A stretch of DNA of 64,000 bases, taken from Candidatus Binataceae bacterium. GTDB lineage: Bacteria > Desulfobacterota > Binatia > Binatales > Binataceae. The notes beneath the pieces were generated by a model. That model was not told where the DNA came from. It worked only from the letters and a program-made list of their open reading frames with translations, and made no database searches. Position 1 is the stretch's first letter; every line of letters starts with the position of its first letter. The stretch is taken from positions 632,700 to 696,699 of the forward strand of contig CAVRNO010000003.1 of NCBI GenBank assembly GCA_963722605.1. The letters are read 5' to 3'. Of the stretch, positions 19,501-27,532 are shown piece by piece. The translations under genes were made by a program, and so were the position numbers.

Positions 19501-19684
19501 GCACCGCCAACTTTCATCACCTGACCGAACACCGGCGCGATTCACTCGCAATCGCGCCGGTGCGCACGGCGGTTCTCACCCGCGATATCGCGCCGAGGCT
19601 ATCCGCGCGCGGCTTGCACCCACGGCCGATAAAGGGCTAGGGATTCCCCGAGGATCCCATCATGGTCAGCCTGATCAACCTGCC
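19450..19684 (+). repeat. Direct repeat copy 1 (~235 bp)
   Basis: Matches 21110-21346 with scattered substitutions and indels; contains the rSAM 3' end, the intergenic region and the first codons (MVSLINLP) of the DUF1499 gene. Confidence 0.92.
19531..19561 (+). terminator. Stem-loop after the rSAM stop (ACCGGCGCGATT-N7-AATCGCGCCGGT)
   Basis: Perfect 12-bp stem; no U-tract, so terminator function is uncertain. Confidence 0.35.
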
Positions 19685-19699
19685 GACGGCCTCGGCGTG

Positions 19700-20284
19700 A
19701 CCGGCGCTGTACTATACTACCAACCAGATAAGGACTTGGACGAACAGCAGCTCTCCGGACGTAGCCCTCGATAACGCTTTGAAATCTGATCCCGTTCTCG
19801 GCATCGCCTACAAGTGGAACGGAGCGGGCCAGCTTAAGAGCACGGCAAGGCCAATCTGTTCGATTATGCAAGCGACAACGCCATCACGGGCAGCGACCTC
19901 AGCGGGATGGACGACTGTCCCGGCGGCGGCTACTCCGAGAACCAGGGTACTCTCTCCTACGCTCTGGGAGCCATCCTGCAGGTCATCTTCGATTTCTTGT
20001 TCGGCCAATCGACCGCGGCCGCCCCGGTATCGCAGGCCAATTATGCTGAGCAAGAACAGCTCGGGCACCAGCTAGGCGGCAGCTCCCAAATGATCGGCTT
20101 ACATGACGGTACGAACGTATACTCGCATGGCGGGGGCGCCGACCGGCTTGCAAACATCCTGTTTCGTGAAACCAGCGTGCTGTCAGGCGAGGAGGTTGAC
20201 ACGGCACGCATTGCCGTGGTCATGCCCTCATCAAGGGCAGCCGAACTCCCAATCCTCCAAAGCATGTCTCCGACGCGCGGCTGA
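19700..20284 (+). pseudogene. Degenerate RHS-repeat core tip plus variable C-terminal fragment
   Basis: LYY...SDPVLG in one frame, then from 19844 GKANLFDYASDNAITGSDLSGM, resembling the RHS 'NLY.Y..NNP...DP.G' signature, followed by an unrelated tail. Confidence 0.5.
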
Positions 20285-20523
20285 CCGGCTTGACGCCGAG
20301 GGGCAGCGCCTATGGAATGAGTGTTACTGATGCGCGCAAGCCGCGAATAACCAAGATGCGGCCGACATCGCCCCACCCACGGCGCGACACACCTCAATAT
20401 GAGAACCACCGGCAGCAAGTTTTTGTGGACAGGAGAACATGGCGGTCCGAACGAGAAGCCCACCATGACTTTTGGACCATTTAATAGCGCTGTCAACAGG
20501 AATCATTTGATAGACATATATCC

Positions 20524-21036
20524 ATGAGAACTCAGCGTATTTCGATCACGGCGATTCTCTCCTGCGTTCTGCTTGCGGGTGCAAACGGCGCACTAGCTCA
20601 GATATTCCCAGCTAAAGACCTGACGGACGCTTTCAATGGTTACCTGCAAAAGGTGGCCAACAACGGCGGAATGGCGTTTGTGAGTGCCTGCACGTCCCCG
20701 ACAGGCGGTCGCGCCGGCGGAGATACGGAAATCCTGATGATTCCGCTTGGCAGTAAGTCCGGTGATCTCACGACGCTCACAGGTCATGAAGTCTACAACG
20801 GCACCGGTATACGATTTGAATCAGGCAGGCCGACCTTAGTCGACCCGGGCGGCGGTATATGGTCCCAACACCGGCTGCAATCCATGGCTGACGACCTGGT
20901 CAAGGCCGGCTTCCAACTGATGTCCGGCGACGCGCTGCGCAAACTCATCACACTTAATCCAACCCGCCGTTGCCCGCCGCCGCCCGACAACTGGATCCCA
21001 CCTGAATTTCTGGCGCACCCGCCGCGCAAAGAGTAG
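20524..21036 (+). CDS. Secreted hypothetical protein (possible immunity protein)
   Basis: Signal peptide (ALA|Q), AT-rich upstream region, two mature Cys; lies after the RHS relic. Confidence 0.65.
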   Translation: MRTQRISITAILSCVLLAGANGALAQIFPAKDLTDAFNGYLQKVANNGGMAFVSACTSPTGGRAGGDTEILMIPLGSKSGDLTTLTGHEVYNGTGIRFESGRPTLVDPGGGIWSQHRLQSMADDLVKAGFQLMSGDALRKLITLNPTRRCPPPPDNWIPPEFLAHPPRKE

Positions 21037-21109
21037 CGGGAAGGATCGACGCCGCCTCCGATACCTCAATACTGCCGACCGCGTCCCGCACGAGCGATGT
21101 GGCCGCGGT

Positions 21110-21346
21110 GCGATTTTGCGCGGCGACGCCGGCGATGGATTCGCCGGGGCTCCGGCCTAAGCGCCGCTAACTTTACACCATCTGACCGAAGACCGGCGCG
21201 ATTCACTCGCAATCGCGCCGGTGCGCATCGCGGCTCTCACCCGCGGCATCGCGCCGGAGGGCATCCGCGCGCGGCTTGCACCCACGGCCGATAAAGGGCT
21301 AGGGATTCCCCGAGGATTCCATCATGGTCAGCCTGATCAACCTGCC
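21110..21346 (+). repeat. Direct repeat copy 2 (~237 bp)
   Basis: Matches 19450-19684; this copy supplies the start of the DUF1499 gene. Confidence 0.92.
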
Positions 21347-22116
21347 CGTCATCATCGTCGCCGTGGCCCTCATGGCAGTACTGATCTTCTTCCCTGCGGT
21401 CTTCCGGCTGCTGGTCCGTCTCGCGACCTTTCTCATACCTGTGGCGGTCGCCGCGGCGGGTATCGCGATGATCATGAACGACGAGACGATTTTCGAAAGA
21501 CCCGGTCCGGGGCAACGCGTGGTCCGGTTCGTCACGATGAACTCCGCGGCCGCCAGCCCGTCGGGCGCCGGCTCGATGACTTGCCAGATGGAGAATCAGC
21601 CGCAGGCGGCGCCGGCGCCGAGCGAGGCGCTGGAACGCAGGCGCGCCGCAAGGAAGGCGTTTACCAAAGAACCCGGGCCGGCGCACAGGCTGGAACCGTT
21701 CGCGACGCCGGCGTCGCTCGACGACGTCTATCCTGAATTGATTCGCCGCGAATATCCGGGAATCCCGCGCGAGAAACTGTTTCAACTCTCGCAAGAAACG
21801 ATCAACTCGCTCGGTGGATGGACAATCGTCAAGGCCGATCCCAACACCTTCACGATCAATTGCATCTACACCACGCGAATCTTCAAATTCGAGGACGACG
21901 TGAGGATCACGGTGCAGCCGTCAGGCGAGCTTGACGTGTGCTCGCGCTCCGGCATGGCGCGCCCCGATGCGAGCCTCGATGCTGCGCTACTTCCCCGGCG
22001 ATCTCGGCGCCAATATCGGGCATATCAAGCAGTTTTACGAAGCGCTCGAGCCGAAGATGGATGAGGTCTATAAGGAAGAGCAAGAGAAGCAGAACGCCAA
22101 GAAGCCGCCGCACTGA
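21324..22116 (+). CDS. DUF1499-like membrane protein, frameshifted near 21975
   Basis: Two N-terminal TMs; TTRIFKFEDDVRI...DVCSRS then, in the +1 frame, GDLGANIGHI. Confidence 0.75.
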
Positions 22117-22332
22117 GCAGGGGTGCGCGGCATCACTGGTTCCCCTTCCTTCGAGGGAAGGGGAGCAATCGCGTGGGTGGAATCGCGCGTATGAAAGCGC
22201 GGCGGGCAAATCCGATCCTCTTTCCAGGCGGGGGAAACAATTGAGTTGAGGGGCTGGATACGCCCTGCTCGGGTACAGGGACCGGCGGCGGCTTTTGACA
22301 AGACGCACTCGATCCGGTCAAGCTGTGATTCT

Positions 22333-22608
22333 ATGGCGATGCGGGAAGCTCAAATCGACGCGCTGGCGACTCATCTGGTGCAAGGCCTTATCGATCGCGG
22401 CTTGATCAAACCCAAGGGCGAGGTGAAGGACCTGGTCGCGTGCGTGGTCGAGCTGATGTCGGCGAATTTCGAGACCGAAGCGCAGATCGACGAAGAGGCC
22501 GACAAGATGGCGGAGGCGGAGGCGCGCCGCGATACGCGGCTGGACGTGACGCGGCTGCGCAGTTTGATTCGCCAGCGCCTGGCCGAGAAAAAAAACTTCA
22601 CGCTCTAG
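22333..22608 (+). CDS. DUF507-family protein (copy A)
   Basis: Short helical protein ending 'IRQRLAEKKNFTL', characteristic of DUF507. Confidence 0.7.
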   Translation: MAMREAQIDALATHLVQGLIDRGLIKPKGEVKDLVACVVELMSANFETEAQIDEEADKMAEAEARRDTRLDVTRLRSLIRQRLAEKKNFTL

Positions 22609-22761
22609 CCGGCTGTTGAAAAAGTAATTTTCAACGCCTGCTCCCTCTCTCTTGTCTCCCCCAAAGGGGGAGATGTTATAGGTAAGAAGACAGCTTTTAC
22701 GCAGGGTGTTGAAGAGCTTGAAATCGAAATTGACGATTGATCCCAGTTTTTCAACACCCTG
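22609..22761. mobile_element. MITE-like element A with IS5/IS1182-like ends
   Basis: TIRs CCGGCTGTTGAAAAA / CAGGGTGTTGAAAAA (13/15), flanked by CTAG at 22605 and 22762. Confidence 0.7.
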
Positions 22762-22765
22762 CTAG

Positions 22766-23187
22766 TGTCGTGTCGCGTAAATAGATTGAAGAACAAAGCC
22801 CTAACCCCCTGGCCCCTTCCCCAGAAAGAATGGGGAAGGGGAGCAGAAAAATCCTCCGGGAATGCTGCCGTCCTATCCCCCTGGCCCCCTTTCCGGGCCG
22901 GAAAGGGGGGACCGGATCAAAGCCGGAAAGTCGGGGAGATACTTGCCGAGCACCCTTTCCCGGGCCGGAAAGGGGGGACCGGATCAAAGCCGGAAAGTCG
23001 GGGAAGTACTTGCCGAGGACCCTTTTCCGGGCCGGAAAGGGGGGAACCGGACCAAAGCCGGAAAGTCGGGGAGATACTTGCCGAGCACCCTTTCCGGGCC
23101 GGAAAGGGGGGACAGGACCAGAGAGTCCCTTGGCTGGTCGTACCAGAATCAACCAGAACTTTTTGAAGATATTTGCAGGACACTACA
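22766..23187. mobile_element. MITE-like element B containing a hairpin tandem array
   Basis: TIRs TGTCGTGTCGCGTAAATA / TGTAGTGTCCTGCAAATA, flanked by CTAG at 22762 and 23188. Confidence 0.65.
22886..23113. repeat. ~67-bp tandem repeat x3.4 with CCCTTTCC-GGGCC-GGAAAGGG hairpin (REP/BIME-like)
   Basis: Units start near 22886, 22953, 23020 and 23088; the linkers are near-identical. Confidence 0.9.
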
Positions 23188-23217
23188 CTAGAAGGCGCGC
23201 TCGCGGAGTAAATCTTC

Positions 23218-23499
23218 ATGAAGCTGACCGAAGCACGAGTATTGTTCCTGGCGCGCGAGTCGATCGCAAAATTGCGCGACGAGGGCCTGGCCGAGATCGC
23301 AAACTTTCCGCTCGCGCTGCGCCAGGCGCGCGAAATCGTGGCGCAGTTCAACGAGCAGGGTGACGAGATCGACGCGATCGTGAGGCGCAAGATCAATTCG
23401 ATCAAACGCGGCGTCGTCGAGGGTTCCAACGAATGGACGATCCTCTACAAGCGCTACCGCGACGAAGAGCTGCGCAAGAAAGGCCCCCGGCAGGGCTGA
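23218..23499 (+). CDS. DUF507-family protein (copy B)
   Basis: MKLTEARVLFLA...EIDAIVRRKINSIKRGVVEGSNEWTILYKRYRDEE. Confidence 0.8.
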   Translation: MKLTEARVLFLARESIAKLRDEGLAEIANFPLALRQAREIVAQFNEQGDEIDAIVRRKINSIKRGVVEGSNEWTILYKRYRDEELRKKGPRQG

Positions 23500-23554
23500 G
23501 CAGGGGCTGACCCCTGCACCCACCGTTAAGGCCGCGCTCCGTTGTCGCGCGCGG
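23500..23554 (+). repeat. Dispersed ~55-bp hairpin repeat, copy 1
   Basis: GCAGGGGCTGACCCCTGCACCCA..TTAAGGCCGC..CCGTTG; inverted copy at 48424-48478. Confidence 0.65.
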
Positions 23555-23611
23555 GCGGGGGTGAGGCGGAGGCGGTGGCTGCATCGAGTGGGCGGTTGAT
23601 ACAATCGGGGC

Positions 23612-23932
23612 ATGGACGATAACGAATTTCGCGAGCGGTCCGATGTCGCCTTGAGCAAAGTCGCGAAATGGCTCGAGGACCTCGACCCCGACGAAGTGGA
23701 TTTCACGACGGCCGACGGCGTGGTGACGATCGAGTTCGCGGGCGGCGCGAAGTTTATCCTGTCGCGGCAATCGCAGATGAAGCAGATGTGGCTCGCCGCC
23801 GGCGCGCATGGATTCCATTACAGTTGGGACGGCGCGCGCGGCAATTGGCTCGACGACAAGGACGGCCACGAACTGTTTCCGCGTCTGGCGGAGGCGATAT
23901 CCGAGCAGCTCGGGCATCAGGTGGAGTTCTGA
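23612..23932 (+). CDS. cyaY: Iron donor protein CyaY (frataxin family)
   Basis: DGVVTIEF..G.KFILSRQ..MKQMWLA...GFHY. Confidence 0.9.
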   Translation: MDDNEFRERSDVALSKVAKWLEDLDPDEVDFTTADGVVTIEFAGGAKFILSRQSQMKQMWLAAGAHGFHYSWDGARGNWLDDKDGHELFPRLAEAISEQLGHQVEF

Positions 23933-23957
23933 ATCTCAAGCGGCGGGGCGCGCCGGC

Positions 23958-24198
23958 TCAGACTTCGTCGCGGAGGATTCGGGTCGCGATCACCAGCGCG
24001 GTGGCGCCGGCCGTGGACATCAGGATGGCGCCGACAAAGTTATGCGCCTGCACGCCGAGCACCGCGAAAATCATCCCTCCGATCACTCCGCCGACCAGGC
24101 CGAGCGCTATGTCAGCCATCATGCCGTAGCCGTCGCCGTTTAGAATCTTCCCGGCCAGCCATCCCGAAACGAGTCCGATTAGAATCCATGCGAACATG
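23958..24198 (-). CDS. GlsB/YeaQ/YmgE-family stress-response membrane protein
   Basis: WILIGLVSGWLAGKI...DIALGLVGGVIGG; GGAGG RBS upstream of ATG. Confidence 0.88.
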
Positions 24199-24267
24199 AT
24201 TCGCCTGTCCTCCATTTGGTTGGCTGCGGCGCGAGAAAGTTCGGCGTCGAGCCTTCATCTAAGGAAG

Positions 24268-24283
24268 AGCAAGAGCGTTGCCA
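24268..24283 (-). promoter_or_regulatory. Putative sigma54 (-24/-12) promoter
   Basis: Minus strand TGGCAACGCTCTTGCT = GG-N10-GC, about 70 bp upstream of the GlsB/YeaQ gene. Confidence 0.6.
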
Positions 24284-24448
24284 TCGCGGAGGCGCGTGAA
24301 TTGGTGCGTGAATCGGGCGGTATTGGGGCCGATATGATGCCGAATTTCGACTGCACGGCAGGATTGGGACTGCGGGGCAGAAGCCACGGTCCCTTTTGAG
24401 CGTCGCGGGTTGCGGGGGAAAGAGGATTAGCTAAAACTGATCGCCGCG

Positions 24449-25486
24449 GTGGCGAATCGAGCAAAAATCAGGGGTGCGATCTCGGGATTCGGCGAGGTTG
24501 CCGCGCGCGCGCATCTCCCGGGTTGGCGCACGCGCGAAAATATCGTGATCGGCGCGATCCACGATCCAATTGCGGAGCGCCGCCACGAGGCGATTGGGCT
24601 AATCAAGAATGTCCGGGTGTACGACGACCTGGAGCTGATGCTCGACGGTGAGGCACCCGACTTTGTCGATGTCGCGAGCCCGCCGGGGATGCATCATGCG
24701 GCCGCGCGCGCGGCGCTTAGAGCGGGGGCGCACGTGCTGGTCGAAAAGCCGCTGGCGCTGACGCTTGCCGACTTCGACGAACTCGCCGCGATCGCCGCGG
24801 AAAAACGGCGCGTGCTGATGTGCGTGCACAACTGGAAATACGCGCCTGCGTATGCGGCCGCGCGCCGGGCGGTCGAAGCAGGGCGGCTCGGCGAGGTTCG
24901 CTTCATGTCGATCGACCGGCTGCGCACGGAGCCTGCGGGCGCGGGCGGAAGCGGCGGCAAGTGGCGCGCGTCGGCGGCGTCGGGCGGAGGGATTCTGATC
25001 GATCACGGCTGGCACGTGTTCTACCTGATGGGTTGGATGCTCGGCGGGGAGCCGCCGGTGTCGATTTCGGCGCGGCTTGAATCGCCGGCGGGGGTGGAGG
25101 TTGACGACGTGGCCGACGTGCGAGTCGGTTTTGGGGCGGGGCGTGTGGCGCGCGCGCATCTGTCGTGGCGCGCGCCGGTGCGCAGAACCTCGGCGCTGAT
25201 CTATGGAGAGCGCGCGAGTATCGAGATCGAGGGGGATCGGGTGCGCCTGACTGATCGGTCGGGCAAGGCTGAAGACCTCTCAGTGGCCGACATCCCTGAC
25301 GATTCGTACCATTCGGCGTGGTTCGGCGGAGTCGCGCAAGAGTTCGAGCGAGCTGTTTCCGAAGGAAGCAACTCGGCGGTAGCTGCTGCAAGAGGAAATT
25401 TGGCCGAGGCGCGCGTCGCGCTTGCCCTAATCGATGGAGCGCGACGATCGGCTATCAACAACGGCGTCGAGATAAATATCTCATAA
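24449..25486 (+). CDS. Gfo/Idh/MocA-family oxidoreductase
   Basis: GFGEVA Rossmann variant, HVLVEKPLA, GGGILIDHGWH. Confidence 0.9.
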   Translation: MANRAKIRGAISGFGEVAARAHLPGWRTRENIVIGAIHDPIAERRHEAIGLIKNVRVYDDLELMLDGEAPDFVDVASPPGMHHAAARAALRAGAHVLVEKPLALTLADFDELAAIAAEKRRVLMCVHNWKYAPAYAAARRAVEAGRLGEVRFMSIDRLRTEPAGAGGSGGKWRASAASGGGILIDHGWHVFYLMGWMLGGEPPVSISARLESPAGVEVDDVADVRVGFGAGRVARAHLSWRAPVRRTSALIYGERASIEIEGDRVRLTDRSGKAEDLSVADIPDDSYHSAWFGGVAQEFERAVSEGSNSAVAAARGNLAEARVALALIDGARRSAINNGVEINIS

Positions 25487-25565
25487 AATCAAATAGTTAG
25501 GGCGAAATATCTCACTGGGAACATTTTGGCCCGAACTGATCGCCTGACCGATCGGACTGTCTCTC

Positions 25566-25593
25566 TTGACATTCGGAAGTGTGACGGTAAAGT
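25566..25593 (+). promoter_or_regulatory. Putative sigma70 promoter of the TetR-hpn operon
   Basis: TTGACA, 16 bp spacer, TAAAGT. Confidence 0.55.
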
Positions 25594-25598
25594 TACCA

Positions 25599-25614
25599 TT
25601 GACCGAAAGGTTAG
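25599..25614. promoter_or_regulatory. Palindromic operator-like site 2 (TTGACCGAAAGGTTAG); weaker copy CTGACCGATCGGACTG at 25544-25559
   Basis: Immediately downstream of the -10 and upstream of the TetR gene; shares the motif at 17527 and 52720. Confidence 0.65.
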
Positions 25615-25639
25615 CCGGATTATCGAGACGAGAAGCACT

Positions 25640-26305
25640 ATGGGCGAAGCGCAGGCCAAACAATCAGGCTCATCCGAGCCGCGCGTACAATCGCAGGATT
25701 CGCGGGACGAGATTCTGAAGGCGGCGATGGAGCTATTTGCCAATCGCGGCTTCCACGAGACGTCGATGTCGGAAGTGGCGCGCGAGGCGCGGGTCAGCAA
25801 GGCGCTGATTTTCTGGCATTTCAAGACCAAGGAAGAGCTGTTCGTGGCGGTGCTGAACCGGCTGCTGGAGCCGTACTTTATCGATTTTGCCGAAGAGGCG
25901 TCGATGGACGAGCGGGTGCAGATCGAGAAGCTGGTGGAGGCTTACCTGCGGTTCGTGCGTGACAACGCGAGCTCGGTGCGTTTTTTCCTGGCGCAGATGC
26001 TCCACGACCAGGGGCTGTCCGAGAGTCTCAACGACCAGGTGCTCAAGCTGTATAGCGGATATCGCGCGATGCTGGTGGAACTGATCGCGCGCGCGCAGCA
26101 AAAGGGCATCTGCACGCGGCGGACGGCGCCCGAATCGGCGGCGGCGTTTCTGCTGTCGGCGCTGAACGGATTGCTGATCGAATACCTGTTCATGGGGCCG
26201 AACGCGGTCGATCCGGAAGGAGCAGTGGCGATGGTCGGCGAGTGGCTGTTCGGGGAACCATCGGGGTCATCTTCGTCGGAGGCTGGCGGCGCGCCGGCCG
26301 CCTGA
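25640..26305 (+). CDS. TetR/AcrR-family transcriptional regulator heading the hopanoid operon
   Basis: ILKAAMELFANRGFHETSMSEVAREARVSKALIFWHFKTKEEL HTH. Confidence 0.93.
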   Translation: MGEAQAKQSGSSEPRVQSQDSRDEILKAAMELFANRGFHETSMSEVAREARVSKALIFWHFKTKEELFVAVLNRLLEPYFIDFAEEASMDERVQIEKLVEAYLRFVRDNASSVRFFLAQMLHDQGLSESLNDQVLKLYSGYRAMLVELIARAQQKGICTRRTAPESAAAFLLSALNGLLIEYLFMGPNAVDPEGAVAMVGEWLFGEPSGSSSSEAGGAPAA

Positions 26306-26352
26306 ATTTCTAACTCTTCACTTTCTTCAACATCCGAGGAGAACGCACAGAA

Positions 26353-27357
26353 ATGCGCCTTCCACCGAGACAAATGATCGATCTGGCCCGCTACATCCGC
26401 GCGAAGAAGCGCTCGGGCGAGAAGTATTTTCCGCTGGTGCTGATGCTCGAGCCGCTGCATGCGTGCAACCTTGCGTGCATCGGATGCGGGCGAATCGTCG
26501 AGTACAAGGACACGATCCGCGACATGATGCCGCTGGACGAGGCGCTGCATTCGGCCGAGGAAGCGGGCGCGCCGCTGGTGTCGATCTGCGGCGGCGAGCC
26601 GCTGATGTACAAGTATATCGTGGCGCTGACGCGGGGGTTGATCGAGGATCAGAGGCGTCACGTCATGATCTGCACCAACGCGGTGCTGCTGGAGCGATTC
26701 GTCAAGCAGGTGGCGCCGAGCCCGTACCTGAGCTTCAACCTGCATCTGGACGGGATGCGCGAGACCAACGATCGCGTGACCGACCGGCAGGGGCATTTCG
26801 ACACCGTGGTGAAGATGATCAAGATGCTGAAGGAGAAGGGCTACCGGGTACAGACCAACACGACGGTGTTCCGCGAGACCACCAGCGACGAACTCGAACG
26901 GATGATCAAGTACCTGACGACCCTCGAGGTCGACGGGATGCTGCTGAGCCCCGGCTATCACTACCAGGTGATGGGCAACGACGACGAGTATCTGAAGAAA
27001 GAGGAGATGCCGGCCAAGTTTTTCAAAGTCCGCGACATGGCCGACGACTACAAGATCGTCAATACGCCGATATACCTGGACTACCTGGTGGGCAAACGCG
27101 AGCTGCAGTGCAGTCCGTGGACGACGGTGACGCGCAATCCGCGAGGATGGAAGGGGCCCTGCTACCTGATAACCAACGGCCACTACAAGACGTTCGAGGA
27201 AATGCACGCGGCGACGGACTGGGAGTACTACCGGACCAAGCAGGATTTCCGCTGCCGCGACTGCAAGCTGCATTCGGGATTCGAGGGCACGGTGGCGCTC
27301 GATTTCGGCAAGAATCTCAAAGACTCGTGGCGGATGGTGCGCCATTACGTGGCGTGA
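26353..27357 (+). CDS. hpnH: Adenosyl-hopene transferase HpnH (radical SAM)
   Basis: FPLVLMLEPLHACNLACIGCG, GGEPL, C-terminal CRDCKLHSGFE. Confidence 0.92.
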   Translation: MRLPPRQMIDLARYIRAKKRSGEKYFPLVLMLEPLHACNLACIGCGRIVEYKDTIRDMMPLDEALHSAEEAGAPLVSICGGEPLMYKYIVALTRGLIEDQRRHVMICTNAVLLERFVKQVAPSPYLSFNLHLDGMRETNDRVTDRQGHFDTVVKMIKMLKEKGYRVQTNTTVFRETTSDELERMIKYLTTLEVDGMLLSPGYHYQVMGNDDEYLKKEEMPAKFFKVRDMADDYKIVNTPIYLDYLVGKRELQCSPWTTVTRNPRGWKGPCYLITNGHYKTFEEMHAATDWEYYRTKQDFRCRDCKLHSGFEGTVALDFGKNLKDSWRMVRHYVA

Positions 27358-27532
27358 GGGAGCGTCTGCGCTTTCGACGCGGAGAGCGCTCGCGCGCGAC
27401 TGACCAATCAACCTAGCCAAGCGGAAGAGGAACGATCGCGTGAGGAAAAATCCCGATCAGTTTTTCAGCTCTTCAGCGCCGCGGCCGAGCCCAAGGTCAG
27501 CGCCGCCGGCGGCGGGACAAGAGCAACGAGAG

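Noticed and set aside
17692-19551. 619-aa minus-strand ORF (likewise 6352-8400, 52559-54238, 59141-60841, 61510-62955)
   Set aside because: Shadow or alternate-frame ORFs typical of high-GC DNA, overlapping well-supported genes.
22886-23113. CRISPR array (palindromic repeat with ~67-bp period)
   Set aside because: The would-be spacers are nearly identical to each other, and there are no cas genes or leader; it is a tandem repeat.
22751-23429. Repetitive ORFs (e.g. 22830-23363, 22751-23152) as proteins
   Set aside because: They are translations of the hairpin array inside the MITE, open in several frames on both strands.
27400-27415. Fourth hopanoid-operator site (CTGACCAATCAACCTA) between hpnH and ispA; also CTGACCGA half-sites near 19521 and 21182
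   Set aside because: Only the left half matches and the palindrome is broken; not counted without a PWM score.
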